From Octopus sinensis (taxonomy: Eukaryota), in NCBI RefSeq assembly GCF_006345805.1, contig NC_043002.1:14570001-14634000 (forward strand): DNA of 64,000 nt, given 5' to 3'. Shown piece by piece: positions 39,614 to 50,740 of this stretch. The first letter of the stretch is position 1; every line of letters starts with the position of its first letter. The notes below the pieces were generated by a model. The model was not told the origin of the DNA and did not search any database. It was given only the letters and a program-made list of their open reading frames with translations. The translations under genes were made by a program, and so were the position numbers.

Positions 39614-40174
39614 ACACTGCCACATATAGAGATGTAATTAAGTATTATTGCTAAATCCTATATTTGTTTTTCAATATACGTCTTTAGCAATAGAGTTCTA
39701 TAAGTGGAATATATTTGTCTCTTTAGTTATAGGATATTTAGCTTCTAATTTCAAAAAAAAGGATGATAACATAATGAGAAAATGTTCTCTAAATGAATGG
39801 TTCCTATCTATAATTGATACCTATATATGATGACATGCGATTTTATGTTGAAATCACGGATTATAAATATTGAAATCAGACCAGTCATTGAACATTTAGA
39901 AATGGCTATTTTCAAATAAATTATCTTTGCAATATAATTATCTATAAATATAATAAAGTTGCACTGTTAGGAATGAAATAAATTACTTGTCGAAGAATCG
40001 TGCTTGAGGTAGCTGCATTAATTATGTTTCTCTACGTACGTAAGCGGAGACAGCTCCCTTGAAAAATCGATTAGAGAGTGAAAATATGTTGTACCAAAAA
40101 TAATTAAACATGAAAGACGCCTAAATAGAAAACAAAAACCTTATAAACGAGAAAACAACTTTAACATATATGAA

Positions 40175-40490
40175 TATAATATAATATAAAATAGTATAAT
40201 ATAATATAATATGATACAAATATAATATAATATAATATAATATAATATAATATAATATGATATGATATGATACAATATAATATAATATAATATAATATAA
40301 TATAATATAATATAATATAATATAATATGATATGATATGATACAATATAATATAATATAATATAATATGATACAATATAATATAATATAATATAATATAA
40401 TATAATAATATAATATAATATAATATAGCATAATATAATATGATATAATATGATACAATATAATATAATATAATATAATATAAAATAATA
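40175..40490. repeat. (TATAA)n/(TATGA)n pentanucleotide microsatellite
   Basis: Direct reading; explains the YYIIL ORFs. Confidence 0.95.
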
Positions 40491-40945
40491 TTTGTGGCAA
40501 AGTTGTGAGAACATTCTAATCACATAGTTCAGGGTTTTGTGGCAAGTTGGCCATGTGCCCTCTATTAGAGCCACTGGCAGACCAAAAACTTGTGAGTGGA
40601 ATCCCGTCGTATAACTATATAACTACACACACACTCACACACACATACACGCACACACACAGAGAAACGCAAACACATATTGTGCATGGACAAGAGTTCG
40701 AGAAATCATCCGCAGCTGATCGAATTTCACCTATTTATAGTTACAAAGGCGGACGGTAGTGGCAATTAAACATTCGTAAGAAAACAAAGCTTTTTTCAGG
40801 GTTTATAAGTAACCTCCATATTTAAAAATATTAAAAATTATTTCATGTAATAGATATTAATGACACTTTATTCATTTATAATTGCATTAAAACTCAGCAA
40901 AACTCTAGTAAATATAAACAGACGTCTTATATAAATATAAATCTC

Positions 40946-41324
40946 TCTATATATAAAGCTGATGTTGTCTATGTATGTCAGGTTTGGTAGCCTTCAACTC
41001 ACACTATCTCCTCCGAGACCCTGCGGCGCAAGTTGACCAAAATTGAGAGTATGATAGATCTCTTCCTTCCGTAGAGGAAAAATTCAAATAGGACCATGTT
41101 AACACCACAAAATATTTACATCAAAAAGGTGCTTTCATTCTATGAAAACCCCTATTTTTTTACGATTTATTGACTGCTGTGTCGCCATTTTTCGGTGTAT
41201 TTCAGCCAGAAAAAACGTTCAAATAAAGAGAATAACAAGCTACTTAATGTAACATTTTTAAATTTCAAAAATTCCAATTATAAAGGGTCGAACGAATCCG
41301 AGCAACGCCGGGCGATACTGCCAG
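40946..41324 (+). mobile_element. Non-autonomous Helitron-like element
   Basis: 5' TC-tatatataaagctg start; 3' GC-rich hairpin ccgagcaacgccggg shortly before a CCAG(T) terminus (CTAG variant). Confidence 0.65.
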
Positions 41325-41383
41325 TATAGATATAAACATAAATAAGACGTCTTTGCGTATCAGCTGAAGATTGTGTTCAGTTT

Positions 41384-41451
41384 TTAGCTGCAGATGTTTG
41401 CTGCTGGAAGGCCGTCAATATTATTGTAGAATTCGGCTCCTTCCCACATCT
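41384..41451 (-). other. Possible orphan terminal exon (unverified)
   Basis: Branch-like CTAAT (41465-41461) + cttttcAG acceptor, then (AG)MWEGAEFYNNIDGLPAANICS*; no partner exon or homology recognised. Confidence 0.15.
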
Positions 41452-43956
41452 CTGAAAAGTATTAGAAATCGCTGTTGGAGAATTTTAGTGACTTCTCCAG
41501 CCCCAATTTCTGTCCTCGAAATCCCTCCTATTGTAATCCCATGGATAACTCTTTGTGCGTTGCGGTTGAAAAACATAGCTCTCTCTCTCTCTGCCTGCAA
41601 CTCCAATGCCGAGCTGGTGGCCATGATCAAGGTGACGGAAGGTCTTCTCAGGAGCAGCGAGGAACAGTCTTGAAGTCGAGGTGGCTACTTCGAGTAAACT
41701 GTAATTTGCTAGCCATAATCTAGTATACATTTTCATATTTTTTAAAAATGCATTTCTCTCTGGCTTTCCCTTTTATGGAATCATTCAAATATAGCCTGAA
41801 CACCTCTTATATCTACCTATAGATGCCTCTCTCTCTCTCTCTTGTTCTCATCTCCAACAGACACATATATTTATTTAGATTCATATTTTTTATACCCACT
41901 TTAGCATTTCTTGTTTTATATAAATCAAGAACACACATTCGTTTATTGGTCGCTGCATGGAAAAGTTTGGGTTAGTACTGTCGTTTATTCCTTTCAGGTT
42001 TAGGTTTTTAATTATTACCTAATAGGCTGAAATTTCCCATTGTCGTCAAATACCAATACCACCATTTTGTACAGTTATAACACTTATCGTTTTTGAACAA
42101 TAAGACACTTCAGCTCTCAAAAGCTGCTGACAAATAAAAAAGGAGAAGCATTTCTAAACGATACTCACTTTCTAAACGATACTCACATGCCATTGATTTA
42201 CACGTATGCTTTAATTTCTCTCTCTCTCTCCATCTCTCTCTCCCCTCTTTCTCTCCCCTCTCTCTCTCTTACTCTTTCCCTCTCTCTTTGTCGCGATTTT
42301 ATTCCTATCCAGCTGTTCTTGAAGTTTCCGCTTTCAGACACTCTGTCGAAATTGTCTCTTTAACTAAATGCGTTTAATTAACCTTTCAAGAAATAATCAC
42401 AATGTCTACACTCCATGCCCTTCGGCATCTCACTTTCGTTCATATATTTCTTGTAGCTATTGAAGTGCAACAGTTTAAACGGAACATAAATGGTATCGGT
42501 GACATCTCTCTCCGCAACCCTCAAATGTTTAAGGTCTCAGACCTTTCCTCCAGACTCATCGAGTATATAATTAAATCACCCCCTCCTACTTAGAAAGCTC
42601 GTCGTTGACTTAGACATTTAGGTTTTTAATTATAAACACTCTGCGTAGTTGGACTCAAAATTGCAAGCAACGGGGGTATTGTCTGATTAAGATAATCCAA
42701 TTTTAACAATTTATTCCTAAGAATATGTGAATGGAATTGACTTTCATTGTAAATGAAAACGGCTAATGGACTCAGATATTTTAACCAAATATTAGATCTG
42801 TCAAGAGACTATTTTCTCAAGGTAACAACGAATTATGTTATTATCTTGGCTGTAAGGTGCGAAGCTAAGATACATTATACAACTGTTCTGCAAAGGGCTT
42901 TTGTTTTAGTATATAATGGACGTTGCAAAATGATTTTGTAATATAATGTGTGCAAATAAATCTGCTCAGTGTGGCAGATCATTAACTTGTTTATCTCTTA
43001 GCAAGTAAACAGTCAATAACCCTATTGACTTCTGTTTGACAAAAACCAATAGTTCGTATTTTATTGCAAATTCTAAAAAAAAGAAGAAAAATGTAACAAG
43101 CACAAAAGAAGTACAATGAAAATAATAGAATAGGAAAGAAAAAAAGATTGAACGAAAATCCATACATTATTTAATTAGAAATATCAGCTGTAGAGAGAGG
43201 AGATATCACCTGATAAAAGAATTGAAATCTAGTAATTAACACTTTGAACGAAAAATTCGCTTCCTAATGCGAACGAGAAAAAATAGCTAATTAACTGAAC
43301 TGACTTCATTCTGAAGTATAGCTCTTCGTTTTGAAGTTAGATTTTTTTGTAATGTTTCTTGACCCGTTCACCTGAAAATAATAAGGCACATCTTTTCAGT
43401 ACCTTATAATTAAATGCAATGTTCGTTTGATTCTCAGATGAAAAGGGGGCATAATTAATTAAACGAATAACTTGTTAAAGAATACCCGAGAAATAATTTC
43501 CACGGCGTGGAGCTGATTACTGGCAGGGATTGCTGAGCATCAGAGGGGAAAAAATGAAAATAATCGCTATTAAAAAAAGAACAAAAAAAAAAAAAAAGAA
43601 TTGTCTTTGACGAATGGTTCTATCATTTCATCTTGTGATGAAAAGTTGCCAGGTTTCCATTTCTTAATATCAAAATTGCGCCTCTTGGAGTCAGTTCCTG
43701 ATATAACATATGATTTTAGAAGAGTAATAAACGCATATTAAAGAATAGAAAAATACGTTAAATGCACAATTAAATGTGGATATCGGGTTCAAATCTGAAT
43801 GTAATTCATTAATACGCTTGCATTCAAAATCACCGCTTTAGCACCTTTTTGTCTGCAAATTTTTGTCTGCAGACATATACATACGTACGTTCATGCAAGC
43901 ATACAAACACGTGTATATGTATTTATATGTATTTATATATATATGTATATATATAT

Positions 43957-44003
<47 letters not shown>

Positions 44004-44101
44004 TATATATATATGTAGGTCCCGGGTTGAGTCGGGGTTAACCACAGTAAATAAGGTACTCATACATAGATGATTTCTATATAGTATATATATATATATA
44101 T

Positions 44102-44137
<36 letters not shown>

Positions 44138-44176
44138 TATATATATATATATATTATATATATATATATATTATAT

Positions 44177-44225
<49 letters not shown>

Positions 44226-46009
44226 GACTGTTTATTTAAAGCCATACTACTGGATATATGGGTATATATATTCATATGCAACCAACCTTACGCGCACTCT
44301 AAATGTATGTAATTGGGTATGCTAACAAACCGTTTCGGGCGCAATTCTTTGCAAATTTTCTTTATATTATACATAATGATATGAACTTAATGGTACACGA
44401 AACTGCTATTTAATGGGAGGAAATACCTTTTTCTAAACCATGTATTCCTTCATATCTAATGATGGGCTTACGGCGAAGGAAATTATATTCAGTTCTCTGC
44501 ACAGAAAGATAGAAATATAATTATAAATAAATAATAGAAATGCTTGTTAAATTTAAAAGATGGGATTAGTAAATAGCTCATGACAGGAAACGGGGTGATC
44601 ACGCGCGTTGGAATTCATAGCGTAGAAAAATTATTACTACAATTTCAATAGATGCTAGAGAAAATTGAAGCTGGAATAAAGACAAAATGATGTATTATAA
44701 GAATAGATAAAGAAAAGCAGAGATTGCGAAAGAAAAAACTCTAAGATACAAAGTAATTGAAAAAAGATAAATGAAAGATAAACGGAACGAAAAATAGACA
44801 TAGATGTAGACAGAGAAGACAAAAAGATAACGAAAGGGAGGGTATATGATCGAGAAAAATAGAGCGTTAGAAAAACCAAGAAGATTAGACTGAAACAAAG
44901 TAAGAAAGAAAGAAAAATTGAGGGTTGACATGAGTTTTCTGGAATATATGTGAGAAATAGGATGTGATAACTTCGTTACGTAGAGTGAGCATCTCAAATA
45001 CATGGAATGCTAATCTGTACAGCGTACCAGAGTGTAACACTCCTAAAGCGAACAATTTTGAAATATTTTCCATTTTGTGTACTGACTTATTTCATGAGTA
45101 AGTTCTAAGTCTTTTCTCTGTAATACTGATAACGAGTATTATGCTGATATTAAAACCTCCTTCTAGAGTTGTTTTAAATAGAAGACATTATGTGAGAGAA
45201 ACAGATCTAGGTGGTGCTCCAGCATCGCCGCAGTCAAACGACTGAAACAAGTAAAAGAGTAAAAGAGTTATACCGTCTAAACAACAGTTTAGACACCAAC
45301 AAAACCTGCATATAGCCGTTGTTGATAAGCAAATTCAACATAGCTATATTCCCTCTAGTCTGTTACCATCACGGCATTCATGTGATGAAATCTAAATGGA
45401 AATAATTCTGTTCTTTTTCCTGTTTACATTTAAATTTCCGACGCCTTTATGAATAATTTCATCGCCCGGAAATTTCGGTTATAGAATAATGTTAATATAT
45501 TCTCAATCGTTATTTTATTACATTTTAAATAATGGTAGGTTGAATTTTGTTCAGTAATTAATTCGACATGCACAATTAATCAAATATATGAAGCTTATCT
45601 GCTTTTAAAATTAATTGTAAAAGCAAGGTTAACTTAAAATATTATATATATAGACGTGATTTAATAACTAACCTAAACGCTTTTACCAACATCGGGTCCA
45701 CTTCATGCATATATTACAAGCATTGTTTTTCTTTCAATAAGCATAATATGGGTAGGATAAGGACACTCACTGAAACAAAATTGGGAATTCAATAACAAAA
45801 CAAATTCCATGTTACCGGGAGAATACTAAAGAATGCATTACCTCACTCATATGATAGGTAAGCATGTGCCCTTTGCTGCATAGCATTATGAGAAATTCTT
45901 AAATGCCGTCGTAATATCTCTCCTAGGTCTCAAGAACTGCTTACATAATATTAGAAACACATTTACATTTTCATATTTTGAACCAGTTACGTAATTCACT
46001 TCAATATTG

Positions 46010-46045
46010 CTAGATAGATAAATAGATAGATAGATAAATAAATAA

Positions 46046-46076
<31 letters not shown>

Positions 46077-46106
46077 GATAGATAGATATATAGATAAATA
46101 GATAGC

Positions 46107-46171
<65 letters not shown>

Positions 46172-46280
46172 GAATAGATATATAATAGATAGATAGATAA
46201 ATAGATAGATAGATAAATAGATAGATAAATAGATAGATAGAATGATAGATAGATAATAGATAGATAGATGTATAGATAGA
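46010..46280. repeat. (GATA)n microsatellite
   Basis: Direct reading. Confidence 0.95.
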
Positions 46281-46786
46281 TAGAGAGAAAGCGGGGGGAG
46301 AATATTTGTGCGAATGCACAAGCATGAGCGTGTAAGTTGCTAAGTCTTTATAGATATATATATATATATACGTGTAGTTATGTATATGCATGTCTCTATC
46401 TCTCTCTCACTCTTTGTGTGTGCGTGTGTGTGTGTGTAAAGGTAAGCTCCAAGGATTAAGGTGTAAGAAGTCAGTGAGCTTCAAGAAGTCCCTAGAAGAT
46501 ATAAAAGAGAAATCTCACGAACAATGGTGGTTTATTGCTGCAGAAGGCTCTGACTTTTTCTGTATCGAAGTACGATGAGCTGAAAAAAGGTTATTTCACA
46601 GTTCATGGTTAGCAACCGGGGTTGCTGCATATGCGAATAAATACCCCAAAATTAGGGAATGGAATAGATAAAATCCATTTTACAAATGTTCCATAACTAG
46701 TGCAACATTTGAAGTAGTAATTATCCAAACGGACGGTAGACTGCAAGCTACTCTTCAAGCCCAGAAGAGATTAGTTTTATGATGCG

Positions 46787-47384
46787 TACATTGTCGTTAG
46801 TAGTGAAGGCGCATGGCTCAGTGGTTAGAGCGTAAAGCTTACGATCGTGAGTTTGTGAGCTCGAATCCCGGACCGGGCTGTGTTGTGTTCTTGAGCAAGA
46901 CACTTTATTTCACGTTGATCCAGTTCACTCAGCTGTAGAAATGAGTTGCGACGTCACAGGTGCCAGAGCTGTATCGGCCTTCGCCTTTCCCATCAATAAC
47001 ACTGGTGGCGTAGAGAGGGGAGGCTGGTATGCATGGGCGACTGCTGGTTCCATAAACTACATTGCCCAGATTTGTGCCTCAGAGGGTAACTTTCTAGGTG
47101 CAAGCCCATAGTCAGTGTCTGGCAGAAGGGGGTCTCAACATTGTCGTTAGGAGTTTCTGTGTTTACTCGCAGGGAATTAGATCGAAATGCGTAGAAAGCA
47201 CAGTTGGAGAGGAAAAAAGTTTTTGTGAAGAAGTAATACAAATGAAACAAATATATATGTGAGAGTGGGTAAGTATGTTATTTCTTCTTCTTCACAAATG
47301 TTTTTTTCCTCTCGAACTGCGCTTTCTAAGCAATTTTATCGTATCTCCTGCAAGGTAACACAAAATCTCCTAACGACAATGTAA
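46787..47384. mobile_element. Tc1/mariner-type MITE (TA-flanked) interrupted by a SINE
   Basis: TA-CATTGTCGTTAG(GAG) left terminus and CTCCTAACGACAATG-TA right terminus (47367-47383). Confidence 0.75.
46801..47137 (+). mobile_element. tRNA-derived SINE with 13-bp target-site duplication
   Basis: Head ggcgcatggctcagtggttagagc...ctcgaatccc; acattgtcgttag at 46788-46800 and 47138-47150. Confidence 0.85.
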
Positions 47385-47555
47385 ACTTCATGTAATCCAG
47401 CTACACTTGGCCTGAAGAATAGCTTCCAGTCTTACCCTCATTTCCATAATTACTAATTCCGAGGTTCCACTAGCTATGAAACATTTGTAGCCTGGATTTT
47501 ATCTACCCTATTCCGTAATTTATATATATATATATATATATGTATATATCTATAT

Positions 47556-48467
47556 ATAATAGTGTAATAAATAAAATGTATGCATACATACATACATATA
47601 TGTACGTACCTACATCTACATGTATATATACATGCATATATAAATATATATACATGAGTACAGGACACCACAAATTGACGCAGAACTCAACGAGAACAAA
47701 AATGTAAAAATAAGCATGGAACGAACCTTTTTTTACAAAGAAAAAACAGAGTACTAGACAAACTACACAAGGAAAAATCCCCTTCATCAGCTGTCCCTAG
47801 TTCAACTCCAGCGTGTTTCGAAGGTGAGGACAGAACACGACTCGTCGAACTAGCCCTTCCTGCGAAGAAATTAAAGGAGATTACTTCGCAGAGGGGTAAA
47901 AACAAGGAAAGAACAAAATGGGACACAAACAGGACGTAAAAAAGATACAAATAAAATTTCAAAGTAAAATACAAAAAAAAATACAATTACAAAATAATAC
48001 AATACAAAAAATAAAAAGACTAGAAAACAACCAAAGAGGGCATTTTTTGCCTAGACGAGGAGAGATTCAAGATGCGCAAGAAGGCCGCATGCAAAAGGAA
48101 GTATTTGGCCGCATGCAAAAGGAAGTATTTGAGAGAGATGAGGAGGAGTGAGAGAGAGAGAGAGAGATAGAGGAAGACAAACGGCTGTGAGAGAGATGAG
48201 GAGGGGTGAGAGAGAGAGAGAAAAGTAGAGAAGGGAAGGTTAAGCAAAGAGGTATAGGGTTTCGCGTCATAATTATATATAAAAACTGTACTGGGAGAAG
48301 AAGAAGAAACGAAACGAAACGGAACGAATCGAAGGCGCTCAGTCATACAATAGTGTAATAAATAAAATATATACATACATGCATATATATATATGTACGT
48401 ACCTACATCTACATGTATATATACATGCATATATAAATATATATACGTGAGTACAGGACACCACAAA
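47556..48467 (-). mobile_element. ~670-bp non-coding element between ~120-bp direct repeats, carrying a permuted hammerhead-like motif
   Basis: aatagtgtaataaataaaat...gagtacaggacaccacaaat at ~47557-47681 and ~48349-48467; interior has no convincing ORF. Confidence 0.6.
47779..47839 (-). ncRNA. Candidate hammerhead ribozyme with non-canonical (pseudoknotted or trans) connectivity
   Basis: Minus strand CGTG-TT-CTGTCC-tca-CCTTC-GAAA-CACG-15 nt-GGACAG-CTGATGA-A-GGGG. Confidence 0.45.
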
Positions 48468-48650
48468 TAGATATATATATATATATATCGATCTTATCAA
48501 ATAGCCAGCATGGGAATAAATACCATACAAATGTAATAATTATTTAAAACTATAAATTAGAGAGAGGGAGGAACGAATGTGCGTGTGAAAGCACAAGCAT
48601 GAGCGTAGCATGGTGGTATCTCTCAGGTACCCTAATTTATAGTTTTATAT

Positions 48651-48704
<54 letters not shown>

Positions 48705-48729
48705 TTGTTTGTGCATGTGTATGTGTGTG

Positions 48730-49248
48730 TTTGTATGAATTTAAGCGCACGGCGGCTTTTCGTTTTCCTCGAACGCATCCAGCAAATATTTTGCGTCAAC
48801 TTATGCCAAAACCCTGGTGACACTAAAGCTCGAACCATCATGAAAATTTAGCACTGCTTTGACGATGATGTCCTGAGCAACACTCATATGGAGTAAAGTA
48901 AGACCTGCCTCAAACATGGATGTATTTAAGTGAAGAGCGAAGCAAGCTGAGACAAGATATCTAAATCCGAAACGAGTAACCGATTGAGAAGGTGCGGCGA
49001 ATAAGCAATTGATGAACGTCATGTAACAATCCAAGAAATTGCTCACGAAGTGAGTAGAAGCAGAGGAATAGCATATTGCATGGTAACAGAGGGTTTGTGC
49101 ATGTGGAGAGTGTGGGCGAAATTCGTCCCTAAGGTTTTGGCAGAACAGCGAAAGCAAATCCGCGTGAGAATCTCTCAGGATATACCCGGATCGAGGATAG
49201 CAAAACTTCACTAAGAGCATCATCAATGGTGACGATACATGAGTTTAT
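48730..49248 (+). mobile_element. Decayed mariner transposase fragment
   Basis: DERHVTIQEIAHEVSRSRGIAYCMVTEGLCMWRVWAKFVPKVLAEQRKQIRVRISQD...NFTKSIINGDDT*VY (cf. WVP..L and TGDETW motifs). Confidence 0.85.
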
Positions 49249-49539
49249 TTCTCTGTTCGATGCGTTCATCTTGGGTTAAAATGAAAATACGACCATAGCG
49301 CACTACATATCAGTACTCTAGGTGTAACAGCCACGAACTGATGAAGCTTACCGTCGCAAAAGTTTTCAGGCACGCCGAGGAAGAGGGGCATCACCTCCCA
49401 CCCAAAGGTTTTGCCCATCTGGGTTTAGCCGAGGCGTGGCAAACATAAAGTCGATACTTTCGAATACATATCGTATATGTCTATATAGGTATATATGAGT
49501 GTGCATCTATATATATATATATGTGTATATATATATGTA

Positions 49540-49747
<208 letters not shown>

Positions 49748-50214
49748 ATATATATATATATGTATATGTGTATATATGTATCTATGAGTATGCATATATA
49801 TATGTGTATGTATAGCGTATTCTGATGCCTAGTTGTAAAACGAATGTATATATCTATACGTTTGTGTACTAGCGTGGAATAGAGACGACAATAATTATAT
49901 GTTGTTCTGCAGCCCTAAAGTCGGTTTTACCAGTCTTGCTAAAATTATTTTAGATGTCTGCTTCACACATTCCTTCACAGCGAGTGTGGTCTATAAACTA
50001 ATTAAATAACAGCTTGAAAATAGGATTGTTTTGACATCTTTGCTCCTAGAATATCTGTTGACTTCTCAAATTTCTTTATAAATTCCATTGTTATTTTATA
50101 GAATATCAGTTATTCCTCATGCTGACCGTGTCATCTTGAAGGTTTTACATATTAACAATTTTATATGAGAATGGTGGAATTAAGCGATTATGTATTCTAT
50201 GAACACGTTTTTAT

Positions 50215-50740
50215 TTTTAGTTTCAACTCAGAGCTGCTGCCATGCTGATGCACCGCCGTTTTGTGCTACACTGTTATTACGAAGAGCCTCCTCTAATATG
50301 TGGCAGTTTGGTGAAGAATGGAGTTTGATATAGCTACCCTCATTTGCACCTGTTGCCGTGAGGTAGGTTCATCTGGGACCTCTCGACAGGAAGAGGTCCA
50401 GCTTTGATTTGAAAACGGCTACATCTACTTTCTGCAAGTTCCTCAGACTCTTTCGGAGAATATTAAAAAGCTGTGGGCCCTTCAAACCCAGGATGTTGCA
50501 GTAGCTGGCCCTGAAGCGTGACAGCATTGCTGGAATTTTTGGCACTATGCAGTGTCGTTCCGTTCTGGTATTGGTGTGGCTTTCAATGCCAATTTTAGAT
50601 AAAATTCTACCGAAACAGGTGTTGTAAATTCTTTTGGGTTTATTCTTTCTATATATAGCCCTATACGTGATTAATTTCATACCACACTGCCCGCTGATAA
50701 CGCATCTATAATACTCAACGTCCATTTACACACAATGGAG
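50215..50740 (-). mobile_element. 3' end of a CR1/L2-type LINE
   Basis: IGIESHTNTRTERHCIVPKIP...LGLKGPQLFNILRKSLRNLQKVDVAVFKSKLDLFLS (ORF 50369-50725), parallel to GPALFNIVPREIK...FKQSLDRFLQ of the 21 kb LINE. Confidence 0.85.
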
